NCBI GenBank assembly: GCA_965205975.1
Contig: OZ242195.1
Location: 3,008,001 to 3,072,000 of the forward strand
Direction: 5' to 3'
Length of the DNA: 64,000 bases
Source: Candidatus Latescibacterota bacterium
GTDB lineage: Bacteria; Latescibacterota; UBA2968
Shown here: one piece after another, positions 10,883 through 19,949 of the stretch
Numbering within the stretch: the first letter of the stretch is position 1
Layout of the letters: every line of letters starts with the position of its first letter
Position numbers and translations under genes: made by a program
Notes under the pieces: generated by a model
Database searches by the model: none
What the model was told of the DNA's origin: nothing
What the model saw: only the letters and a program-made list of their open reading frames with translations

Positions 10883-11116
10883 ATGAAAACCATACAAGAA
10901 CACGATCAGATTATTTTAATGCGTAATTTGAAAGAATTTGGCCTTTGCCTGGGCGATATAGGAACTGTTGTACTTGTACATCAAGCGGGTCGAGGTTATG
11001 AGGTAGAATTTCTCACATTGGATGGAAAAACCATTGGTGTCACAACATTGATGGCTGATGAGATACGTCCAATTGGTAACCGAGAAGTCGCTCACGCACG
11101 GTTGCTGAATACTTAA
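10883..11116 (+). CDS. DUF4926 domain protein
   Basis: I.EHD...L, GL..GDIGTVV.VH, YEVEF.TLDG.TI.V; RBS GAGGA before ATG 10883. Confidence 0.8.
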   Translation: MKTIQEHDQIILMRNLKEFGLCLGDIGTVVLVHQAGRGYEVEFLTLDGKTIGVTTLMADEIRPIGNREVAHARLLNT

Positions 11117-11140
11117 ACTCTCTTGAAGATTCTACCCCGA

Positions 11141-12427
11141 ATGTCTCCCAAATTCATTCCCCTTCTAAAAAACACGGGCCTCGACATCCATTGGGAAAAA
11201 TCCGTTGCAACATTCCCCGGCAATCTTCCCTTTCTGCAACCCGGAACCATCCGCGAAAACGGCGACTGGGCAAATCTTCCGCCCAACGCCATAGACTTCG
11301 CAATACGCGCCGCTAAACAAATCGCCACAGACCCCGACCTCGCGCACATGGTCTGGCATGCCCATCGCCTCCTCTTCATCGACAAAAGCACCCAGAACTC
11401 GGCAACCCGCGACTGGCCCCTCCTCGCCCCCGTACTCGGCAATTACGGCGGTGCCTTTTATCTCCTCATCGCGCTCTCGGGCATACCACAACTCCGCACC
11501 TACCACCAATCGCGCGACGTCCCCGAACACATCACCCGCCTCACCTGCCGCGACACGTACGTCTGGGCGCAACAATACCACGACATCGGCATTTTCAAAA
11601 ACGATCGTTTCTTCCACCCGGGCGAACCCGGCACCTGGGGGCTATGCACGCGCATCTTGCCCTGGCTGCTCGGCCATCTCAACGGCGACCTCTATCGCGT
11701 AGGACGCCTGCAATACAAAATCGGACCCTTTCGCCAGAAAATGCGCGCGTACCGCCATCGCACCTCTACACATCTGTGTCTCCTGTGCGAATCCGGATTG
11801 GAATTTCGCACCGACGGCAACTTCAACGGCGCGGGCGAACGGGAAGACCCACAAGCCTGGACATCTGAACTCACCGAAACCGCGACCCATATCATCGGCA
11901 ATCCCATACACCCCAACGGCCACGCACAACGCCAGCCGGTCGGCCTCCCTCGCGCTCACTGGAATTGCGTCCTCACCGAAGGCGATCCCATCCTAGAAAT
12001 TCACATCCCCGAAGACGGACCAATGGCATTTGAAAATTGCGGCGACTCCCTCCGCCAGGTCGCCGAATTCTTTCCCAAACACTTCCCCGACCGTCCCTTC
12101 AAAGCAATCTGTTGCACATCCTGGTTGCTCGACCCCACGTACCAGAACTTACTCTCCAAAAATTCCAACATCGCTCGCTTCCAGCGCGAATGTTATCTCT
12201 TTCCTCTCAACTCGCGCAGCAAATACAGTGGCCGTGAACGCATCTTTGGTCCATACTCCCACGACCTCTCCACAGCCCCACGCGACAGCAGCATGAGAGC
12301 CGCGGTACTCGATCACATCGACAACGGCGGTTGCCTCATCAGCGGCGGCTGCCTCCTCTGGACAGACCACCTCGACAAGTGGGGCACCCAATTCTACCTC
12401 CATCAATCTCCCAGTCCCCAAAGTTGA
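11141..12427 (+). CDS. Acyltransferase-domain protein (DUF5596 plus C-terminal GNAT-like domain)
   Basis: RVGRLQY, LEIHIPE.GP, C.SWLLDP and SNIARFQ motifs; start uncertain (11123 or 11141). Confidence 0.7.
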   Translation: MSPKFIPLLKNTGLDIHWEKSVATFPGNLPFLQPGTIRENGDWANLPPNAIDFAIRAAKQIATDPDLAHMVWHAHRLLFIDKSTQNSATRDWPLLAPVLGNYGGAFYLLIALSGIPQLRTYHQSRDVPEHITRLTCRDTYVWAQQYHDIGIFKNDRFFHPGEPGTWGLCTRILPWLLGHLNGDLYRVGRLQYKIGPFRQKMRAYRHRTSTHLCLLCESGLEFRTDGNFNGAGEREDPQAWTSELTETATHIIGNPIHPNGHAQRQPVGLPRAHWNCVLTEGDPILEIHIPEDGPMAFENCGDSLRQVAEFFPKHFPDRPFKAICCTSWLLDPTYQNLLSKNSNIARFQRECYLFPLNSRSKYSGRERIFGPYSHDLSTAPRDSSMRAAVLDHIDNGGCLISGGCLLWTDHLDKWGTQFYLHQSPSPQS

Positions 12428-12541
12428 CATCTTCTCAAACACATATTACCTTTCGCCTCACAAATAACACCCTCGCCACTCGTATCCCCGTGTCTTTGTG
12501 TCTTTGTGTGAGACATTTATCCAATCCCATATCTTTCGCCC

Positions 12542-13516
12542 ATGTCCAACACCCCCGACATCGCCGTTCAAAATCTCCGAAAAACTTATGAAGTGCCCCA
12601 GCGAGAACCCGGATTGGGCGCAGCGATCAAAAGCCTTGTCTCGCGCACCACACGCGACGTCGAAGCTGTAAAAAATATCTCCTTTGACGTTGCCCCAGGC
12701 GAAATCGTCGGATTCTTGGGACCCAATGGCGCCGGCAAAACCACAACCCTCAAAATGCTCTCCGGCTTGCTCCACCCCACAGCCGGCGAAATCTCAGTCA
12801 TTGGACACACGCCTTATGCGCGTCACAAAAATTTCCTCAACCGCATCACCCTGGTCATGGGCCAGCGCAACCAGCTCATGTGGGACATCCCCGTAGCCGA
12901 CTCTTTTGAACGCAACCGCGCAATCTATCGCATTTCTCACGGCGAATACAACAAAACCCTCGACGAACTCAGCGCCTTACTCGACCTGAGCGATCTGCTT
13001 TCCAAACCCGTGCGCAATCTCTCATTGGGAGAACGCATGAAATGCGAAATCGCCGCAGCCCTGCTCCACCGCCCAAAGATTCTCTTCCTCGACGAACCCA
13101 CCATTGGCCTCGACGTCACCATGCAGCGCCGCATTCGCGCCTTCCTGGGCGAATATAACCGCCGCCACAGTGCGACCGTATTGCTCACCTCGCATTACAT
13201 GGCCGATGTCGAAGCCCTGTGCAAACGCGTCATTGTCATTCACCGCGGCGAATTGCTCTTTGACGGCGATTTAAATGCCCTTATCGAACGCTTTTCACCT
13301 CACAAAACCATAGTCGTCGATCTCGAAATCGAACGCGCCGACCTCTCCTCCTACGGCGAAGTCGTCACCGCCGAGGGCAACAGCGTAACCCTGCGCGTAC
13401 CAAAAGCAAAAACCGCCGATGTCACCGGAAAATTGCTCGCCAATCTGCCCGTCATCGACCTCACCGTTGAAGATCCACCCATAGAGGAAGTCATCGAACA
13501 GGTGTTTTCAAATTGA
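12542..13516 (+). CDS. ABC transporter ATP-binding protein (ABC-2/DrrA-like)
   Basis: GPNGAGKT, LSLGERMK, LDEPTIGLD, TSH. Confidence 0.92.
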   Translation: MSNTPDIAVQNLRKTYEVPQREPGLGAAIKSLVSRTTRDVEAVKNISFDVAPGEIVGFLGPNGAGKTTTLKMLSGLLHPTAGEISVIGHTPYARHKNFLNRITLVMGQRNQLMWDIPVADSFERNRAIYRISHGEYNKTLDELSALLDLSDLLSKPVRNLSLGERMKCEIAAALLHRPKILFLDEPTIGLDVTMQRRIRAFLGEYNRRHSATVLLTSHYMADVEALCKRVIVIHRGELLFDGDLNALIERFSPHKTIVVDLEIERADLSSYGEVVTAEGNSVTLRVPKAKTADVTGKLLANLPVIDLTVEDPPIEEVIEQVFSN

Positions 13517-14316
13517 AACATTATACCACCATCTACTGGGCCTTTTTCAAGACCTCATTGCTCGAACAATTTCAATATCGCGCCGCCATGGCGATATGGA
13601 TGATCGGTCGCATACTCGAACCCATCATCTACCTCACCGTATGGACGACAGTCGCCCATGCACGCGGAGGCAGTGTGGGATCCTATTCACCAGCCGACTT
13701 TGCCGCTTATTACATCGTACTCATGCTCGTCAACCAATTCACCTTTTCCTGGATCATGCACATATACGACTTTCGCATTCGCCAGGGCGAACTCTCCAAC
13801 TTCTTGCTCAAACCCATCCACCCTATACACGCCGACATTGCCGAGAATATCGCGTACAAAGTCATGACCGCCATCATCATTTTTCCCACGGCAATATTGC
13901 TCTTCCTTCTCTTTGACCCCAATCTCGCCTTTCACATCCAGACATTCGCCGTCTTTTTACTCGCATTGGGCATAGCGTTCATCATGCGATTCTTCATCGA
14001 GTGGACCCTCGCCCTCGTCGCCTTTTGGACCACGCGCAACGAAGCCATCAATCAGATGTACTTCACACTCGGCCTATTTCTCTCCGGACGCATCGCACCC
14101 ATCGACCTGCTACCGGGTGCCATCCAGACCCTCGCCGATGCGCTCCCCTTTCGCTGGGCGATTGCATTCCCGGTCGAACTCATGCTCGGTCGTCTTTCAC
14201 AAGAACAAATCTGGAACGGATTCACCATGCAAGCCGTTTGGCTGCTCGCGGGTTTTCTGTTAATCCAACTCACCTGGCGGTCAGGCGTCAAAAAATACTC
14301 GGCAGTTGGATCATAA
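13513..14316 (+). CDS. ABC-2 family permease (DUF990/ABC2_membrane_6 type)
   Basis: About 6 TM helices; G.LS.FLLKP, FLSG..AP and W..G.KKYSAVG motifs. Confidence 0.85.
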   Translation: MKHYTTIYWAFFKTSLLEQFQYRAAMAIWMIGRILEPIIYLTVWTTVAHARGGSVGSYSPADFAAYYIVLMLVNQFTFSWIMHIYDFRIRQGELSNFLLKPIHPIHADIAENIAYKVMTAIIIFPTAILLFLLFDPNLAFHIQTFAVFLLALGIAFIMRFFIEWTLALVAFWTTRNEAINQMYFTLGLFLSGRIAPIDLLPGAIQTLADALPFRWAIAFPVELMLGRLSQEQIWNGFTMQAVWLLAGFLLIQLTWRSGVKKYSAVGS

Positions 14317-14327
14317 GGAATTCATCC

Positions 14328-15113
14328 ATGTACTACTTAAAACTAATATGGACCTTCTTCCGCATTGGCGTCCTCAACGAAATGGCCTATCGCGTGAACT
14401 TCTACGTCCAACTCCTGCAATCCCTCCTCAGCCTGGGCACAGCCATCGCGGGTCTGGCAATCGTATTTTCACACACCGATACCCTCGGCGGATGGCAGGC
14501 CGTTGATATCCTCGCACTACTCGGCGTATTTATGTTTGTAGGTGGCGTGATAGGCATGGTCATATCTCCGAGTATGAGCCAGCTCATGGACGATGTGCTA
14601 CGAGGCCTATTCGACTACACCCTCACCAAACCGTGCGACGCGCAATTCCTCGCCAGCATCTCGCAAATCCGCGTATGGCGACTCACCGATATTCTACTCG
14701 GCGCGGGCGTACTCATTGCCGCGCTGATCTATCGGGGACTCGATATTGGTCCGCGGGAAGCCCTCGCCTTCGCCTTTGTCCTCTGTACGGGAGGCAGCAT
14801 CATCTACAGCTTCTGGCTCATGCTCGCCACCCTCACCTTCTGGTTCTTGCGTATCGAAAACATCCTCCACATCTTCCAGAGCATGTACGAAGCCGGCCGC
14901 TGGCCCATTGGCATCTACCCCCACTGGCTGCGCTATATCCTCACATTCCTCGTACCCGTGGCATTTGCCATCACAGTACCCGCGGAAGCACTCTCAGGTC
15001 GCCTGACACCCGAAAGCACGATCACATCTGGCCTGCTGTGTATCTTTCTCATCGCATTCTCGCGCTGGTTCTGGAAACGCGGCCTAAAAAACTACTCCGG
15101 CGCATCGGCATAA
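14328..15113 (+). CDS. ABC-2 family permease (second subunit)
   Basis: YRVNF, G.FDY.LTKP, RWP..IYP and W.RGLK.Y.GAS motifs; ATG 14328 after AAGGA. Confidence 0.85.
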   Translation: MYYLKLIWTFFRIGVLNEMAYRVNFYVQLLQSLLSLGTAIAGLAIVFSHTDTLGGWQAVDILALLGVFMFVGGVIGMVISPSMSQLMDDVLRGLFDYTLTKPCDAQFLASISQIRVWRLTDILLGAGVLIAALIYRGLDIGPREALAFAFVLCTGGSIIYSFWLMLATLTFWFLRIENILHIFQSMYEAGRWPIGIYPHWLRYILTFLVPVAFAITVPAEALSGRLTPESTITSGLLCIFLIAFSRWFWKRGLKNYSGASA

Positions 15114-15126
15114 TAGTCATGCCCGT

Positions 15127-15155
15127 TTGACTTTCCAGATTCTATCGGCTATTTT
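15127..15155 (+). promoter_or_regulatory. Putative sigma70 promoter of the isomerase-uxuA operon
   Basis: TTGACT-N17-TATTTT upstream of an AAGGAG RBS and ATG 15200. Confidence 0.4.
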
Positions 15156-15199
15156 ACCCCTGCTTTCAACACCAGACAATACACATAAGGAGTTACAGA

Positions 15200-16858
15200 A
15201 TGGCCTACCAACTTCCCGAACTCGCCGAACCCGAAGCACCTGAAAAGAACGAAGTCGTACTCATTGCCAACGGCGACCTGCGCTTATCTGCCAACCAGAT
15301 GTGCTGGCCAGCACAAGAAGCAATGGAAAAAACCATCATAGCCGCAATCCAACGCGAAGGATGGAAAGTCCGCCGCGGACACCCCTACAAACAAGACGAG
15401 GAACACGGCTTTATCGGATCGCAAAAAGAAGGCATGGCCGTCTTCAAAAACATCCATCCCGACGCCCCCCTCATCGTAGCCGAAGCCGTCTGGCAATACA
15501 GCCACCACGTGCTTCACGGCCTGATCTCACACCGCGGCCCCATCCTCACCCTTGCAAACTGGTCCGGACAGTGGCCCGGCCTCGTCGGCATGCTCAACCT
15601 CAACGGCTCCCTCACCAAAGCCGGAGTTGAATACAGCACCCTTTGGAGCCTGGACTTTACCGACGACTTCTTCAAACGCGGCCTGCGCGAATGGCTCACC
15701 AGCGGCAGCGTCACCCACGACACCTCCCATGTACGCGACGCCAACACCTTCCGCCTGCCCGAAGCCGAAGCGCAACTCGGACAGGCACTGGCCGAGCAAC
15801 TCCAGCGAGAAAAAGCCATTATGGGTGTCTTTGACGAAGGCTGCATGGGCATGTTCAACGCCATCATCCCCGACCACTTGCTCAATCCCACAGGTGTCTT
15901 CAAAGAACGCCTCTCACAATCTGCGCTCTGGGCAGAAATGCAAACCGTCACAGATGCAGAAGCCAGCGCTGTTCGCGCCTGGCTCGAAGGCAAGGGCCTC
16001 ACCTTCGTCACAGGCACAAACACCACCGATGAACTCACCGACGACCAGATCGCTATGCAATGCAAAATGTACATTGCCGCCGTACGTATAGCCGATGACT
16101 TTGGTTGCGCCACCATTGGCATTCAGTATCAACAGGGGCTCAAAGACCTGTGCCCGGCATCTGATCTGGTCGAAGGCATTCTCAACAACGCAGATCGCCC
16201 CCCGGTCACAGCGCGCGCCAATGGCCAAGTCCTCTACGACGGCGAGGCACTCCCGCATTTCAACGAAGTCGATGAATGCGCTGGCCTCGACGGCCTGATC
16301 ACCAACCGCATCTGGAAAGCTTTGGATCAGCCACCCGAAAACACCTTGCACGACCTGCGCTGGGGCGAACACTACCGGGGAAATGGCATTGACGACTACG
16401 TATGGGTCTTCCTCATCTCTGGCGGCGCGCCGCCCGCACACTACATCGACGGGTACAAAGGGACATCTTCCGAACGCCAGCCCAACATGTATTTCCCACT
16501 CGGCGGCGGCACCTGCAAAGGCGTGAGCAAACCCGGCGAAATCGTCTGGAGCCGCATCTTCGTCCAGGATGGCGAACTGCACATGGACATTGGCCGCGGT
16601 GGTGTCGTAGAACTCCCACAAATAGAAACCGACCGCCGCTGGCGTGCCACCACCCCGCAGTGGCCCATTATGCACGCCGTCACCTACGGCATCTCCCGCG
16701 ACCAGATGATGGCGCGCCACAAAGCCAACCATATCCAGGTCGCATATGCCGAGTCTGCACAGGCCGCCAACAACGCGCTGGCCGTAAAAATTGCCATGAT
16801 GCAAGCATTGGGCGTCAAAGTTCATCTGTGTGGCACGAATAATGGATTGGTGGATTGA
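15200..16858 (+). CDS. L-fucose/D-arabinose isomerase-like protein
   Basis: WPGLVG.LNL, GCMGM, IQYQQG, NEVDE, TCKG..KPG.I.W.R, T.PQWP and HKANH motifs of the FucI-like family. Confidence 0.75.
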   Translation: MAYQLPELAEPEAPEKNEVVLIANGDLRLSANQMCWPAQEAMEKTIIAAIQREGWKVRRGHPYKQDEEHGFIGSQKEGMAVFKNIHPDAPLIVAEAVWQYSHHVLHGLISHRGPILTLANWSGQWPGLVGMLNLNGSLTKAGVEYSTLWSLDFTDDFFKRGLREWLTSGSVTHDTSHVRDANTFRLPEAEAQLGQALAEQLQREKAIMGVFDEGCMGMFNAIIPDHLLNPTGVFKERLSQSALWAEMQTVTDAEASAVRAWLEGKGLTFVTGTNTTDELTDDQIAMQCKMYIAAVRIADDFGCATIGIQYQQGLKDLCPASDLVEGILNNADRPPVTARANGQVLYDGEALPHFNEVDECAGLDGLITNRIWKALDQPPENTLHDLRWGEHYRGNGIDDYVWVFLISGGAPPAHYIDGYKGTSSERQPNMYFPLGGGTCKGVSKPGEIVWSRIFVQDGELHMDIGRGGVVELPQIETDRRWRATTPQWPIMHAVTYGISRDQMMARHKANHIQVAYAESAQAANNALAVKIAMMQALGVKVHLCGTNNGLVD

Positions 16859-16859
16859 C

Positions 16860-17870
16860 ATGAACCGTGTTCGTATTGGCGTTATCGGCGTGGGCAATAT
16901 CGCCCGCAACTACCATTTACCCCCTGTACACGCACTCCCAAAAGCCGAACTCGTCGCCGTTGCAGACCTCGACGAATCACTCAGATCAAAAGCACAGAAG
17001 CAATTCGGCTTTCGCGATGCGTACACCGATTACCGTCGCATTTTAGACCGCGACGACATTCACGCCATCATGCTCCTCACCCGCGTGAATACACGCACCG
17101 AAATCATTCCCGCAGCCCTCGAAGCGGGCAAACACGTCTTCACCCAAAAACCCTTTGCACTGACAAATGAAGACGCCGAGTTTCTCGCCCAGGTAGCCAG
17201 ACGCACAGGCAATCGCCTCGTCTGCAGCTTCATGCATCGCTACTTTTCGCATACCCAGGGGGCGCGTCAAATCCTGAAAGAGGGCAAAATCGGCCGCCTC
17301 GAAATGGTGCGACATCGCAACTGCATTGGCAGCCACTACGACAACGCCGTTCGCTTGTGGGGTGGTGTCCTCGACATCGGTACACACGGCATAGACGTCA
17401 TCCGGTATCTCACCGAACAAGACGTCGTCAAAGTGCAAGCCATGATGGACCCCTATCTCACCAATGCAAACCTGCCGATAGACCCCACCATCAACCGCCC
17501 CAATGAAACCGTAGCCATCATGAATTTCGAAATGTCTGGCGGCACCCTCGTCACCTTTGAAATGCACTGGACCCAACGCGGTGGCGCAGGAGGCTATTAC
17601 GCCGAACACTACGGCGATAGCGGCTCGATGTTCATCAAACATCCCATTGCGCCCGCAACCCTCGTTTACACCCAGAGCCGCAAAGGCGACTGGATTCAAC
17701 CCGACCTCGAACAGCATCCCAAAGGCCACCTGCACCACAAAATCTTCATAGACGACATCCTCAACAACACCTGTGAAAGTGCCACCCCCGAAGACGCCGT
17801 GGCCACTGTAAAAATTATCAACGCCGCTTACGAAGCGGCACAAACCGGAAAAACAATCACCATAGACTAA
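16860..17870 (+). CDS. Gfo/Idh/MocA family oxidoreductase
   Basis: IGVIGVGNIA, AGKHVFTQKP, GGVLDIGTHGID. Confidence 0.9.
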   Translation: MNRVRIGVIGVGNIARNYHLPPVHALPKAELVAVADLDESLRSKAQKQFGFRDAYTDYRRILDRDDIHAIMLLTRVNTRTEIIPAALEAGKHVFTQKPFALTNEDAEFLAQVARRTGNRLVCSFMHRYFSHTQGARQILKEGKIGRLEMVRHRNCIGSHYDNAVRLWGGVLDIGTHGIDVIRYLTEQDVVKVQAMMDPYLTNANLPIDPTINRPNETVAIMNFEMSGGTLVTFEMHWTQRGGAGGYYAEHYGDSGSMFIKHPIAPATLVYTQSRKGDWIQPDLEQHPKGHLHHKIFIDDILNNTCESATPEDAVATVKIINAAYEAAQTGKTITID

Positions 17871-17887
17871 CAAAAGGACATAATGCT

Positions 17888-18832
17888 ATGAGAATCGCGC
17901 TCGTCATTCGCCCATTCACCAATGAAAACCTCCAGACCGCGCTTCAAATGGGCGTGGAAGATGTCGTAACGGTCTTACCCAATGCTGGTCCCATCTGGGA
18001 TTATCTCGCCATCTTGCGCCACAAAAAACGCATTGAAGACCAGGGCTTGCGCTGGTCTGTGGTCGAATCTGTTCCCATCTCGGACAATATCAAACTGGGC
18101 CTTGAAGGCCGCGACCGGGAAATCGACAACTACTGCCAGACCATTCGCAACCTCGGCGCAGCGGGCATTCCCGTAATGTGCTACAACTGGATGGCTGTCT
18201 TTAACTGGATGCGCACCTCAATGACCACCCGCACGCGCGGCAATGCCCTGACCAGTACCTACGATCACAGCGACATGGAAGACGCGCCACCCATCACAGA
18301 CTATGGCGACATCACCGAAGAACGCCTCTGGGAAAACCTCGAATACTTCCTCAAAAGAGTAATACCCGTTGCCGAAGAAGCCGGCGTCAAACAGGGCCTT
18401 CACCCCGACGACCCCCCGCTCTCGCCCATTCGCGGCGTTGCCCGCATCATCACCAGCCCCGAGGCCTATGATCGCGTCATCTCTTTTATCCCCAGCGAAT
18501 ACAATGGCATCACCTATTGCCAGGGCAACTTCAAAGCCATGGGAGCCGATATTCCAGCCACCATTCACCACTTCAAAGACCACATCCACTTCGCCCACTT
18601 CCGCGACCTTCACGGTCAGGTACCCACCTTCTCCGAATCCTTTCACGACGACGGCGACACCGACATGGCAGAAGCCATTCGCGCGTACAAAGCAATTGGA
18701 TTTAAGGGCGTCGTTCGCCCCGACCACACGCCCACCTTTGCGATAGACCAGGAGGATATAGGCGGCTATAACTTCCTCGGACGGCTCTATGCAGTCGGTT
18801 ATATGCGCGGGCTAATACATGGAACAGACTAA
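17888..18832 (+). CDS. uxuA: Mannonate dehydratase
   Basis: CYNWM..F.W.RT, LHPDDPP, HFAHFRD, RPDH.P and GRLYAVGYMRGL motifs. Confidence 0.88.
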   Translation: MRIALVIRPFTNENLQTALQMGVEDVVTVLPNAGPIWDYLAILRHKKRIEDQGLRWSVVESVPISDNIKLGLEGRDREIDNYCQTIRNLGAAGIPVMCYNWMAVFNWMRTSMTTRTRGNALTSTYDHSDMEDAPPITDYGDITEERLWENLEYFLKRVIPVAEEAGVKQGLHPDDPPLSPIRGVARIITSPEAYDRVISFIPSEYNGITYCQGNFKAMGADIPATIHHFKDHIHFAHFRDLHGQVPTFSESFHDDGDTDMAEAIRAYKAIGFKGVVRPDHTPTFAIDQEDIGGYNFLGRLYAVGYMRGLIHGTD

Positions 18833-18837
18833 TCAAT

Positions 18838-18872
18838 AAAAAAAGGCTGCGATCTTACGACCGCAGCCCTTT
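18838..18872. terminator. Probable bidirectional intrinsic terminator between convergent uxuA and porV-like genes
   Basis: A-run, GGCTGCG...CGCAGCC stem, then CTTTGT. Confidence 0.7.
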
Positions 18873-18896
18873 GTGTAGCTAATGGGAGAGCTTCAC

Positions 18897-19913
18897 TTAG
18901 AAGCCAACGCCAACAGAAACGCGAATGGGATATTCATCAAGTGCCTCAGCCCTTGAATACGATACATCCACACCCACACTCTGATCGCCCAACTTCTGAC
19001 GCAAGCCTGCACCCACTGTCCACGACTCGGAGTCATAACCGATCTTGTAACCACCACGCAACGCCAGCATGTTCTGTACCCATGCTTCCGCGCCAAAGTG
19101 ATAACGGTTGATCGAGTCTGTGAAGAACATCTGTTCAACTGCCACTGTGACTGACAGCGGATCACCCAGATTCCCATAGACTTCAGCAGCACCCGACAGG
19201 TTGAATACCATCGGGAAACGCGCCTTCTGACCTATCACGTCCTGGTCGCCGCCCAGATTGCGCATCGACATACCCAGACGTGTGGAATGAAAGCCCGTGT
19301 AAAAGAGCGTACCAAAATCTATGTCATAAGACGAATACGACTGCAAATCCAGGTCTTCCTGAACCCAGCGCAGATTACCACCCACACTCAACTTATCTGT
19401 CACCTGCTTGGCAATGGTCAGACCAACAGCCATGTCGCCTGCTGTGGCCATGCGACCCGTGCCGCCGGGTTGAGATGAGGTGGTCTCTTCAAATTCATCT
19501 GTGGTAAAATACGCAAAGTTGACTGCAAAGGTCGCCACATTCGTCTTGGCACCAATGGCAAACGTCCCCATTGAAGACCCCACAATCCACTTCAGGTAAG
19601 AAGCTGTCAGCGCGTAGCGCTCAATCTGCGTTGCGCCAGCAGGGTTGTAAAACACAGCCGACAGATCATTGCCAACAGACGAATACGCATCGCCCATACC
19701 TGCTGAGCGCGCATTGCCCGTCAGCTTCAAGAATCCATAAGAAGTCGTCGTAACGCGAGCATACTTAATCAGATCCGTTTCAGGAGGCACGCGCGTCCTA
19801 TCCACGGGAAAAGGTCCTAATGAATCCTGAGTCGGCCGCTCTTCCTGAGCCTGTGCATACATCGGCAGGGCAAGCGCAACAGCCAGACCGAAGAGCAGTG
19901 CTTTCTTAAACAT
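18897..19913 (-). CDS. PorV/PorQ family outer-membrane protein (T9SS shuttle-like, UPF0164 type)
   Basis: Signal peptide; FLKL...ARSAGMGDA......D.SAVFYNPAG motif; ALRGGY; terminal F. Confidence 0.85.
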   Translation of the reverse strand: MFKKALLFGLAVALALPMYAQAQEERPTQDSLGPFPVDRTRVPPETDLIKYARVTTTSYGFLKLTGNARSAGMGDAYSSVGNDLSAVFYNPAGATQIERYALTASYLKWIVGSSMGTFAIGAKTNVATFAVNFAYFTTDEFEETTSSQPGGTGRMATAGDMAVGLTIAKQVTDKLSVGGNLRWVQEDLDLQSYSSYDIDFGTLFYTGFHSTRLGMSMRNLGGDQDVIGQKARFPMVFNLSGAAEVYGNLGDPLSVTVAVEQMFFTDSINRYHFGAEAWVQNMLALRGGYKIGYDSESWTVGAGLRQKLGDQSVGVDVSYSRAEALDEYPIRVSVGVGF

Positions 19914-19949
19914 TGTCTTTCTCCTTTTTTATGTCTGACGCTTCGCGCC

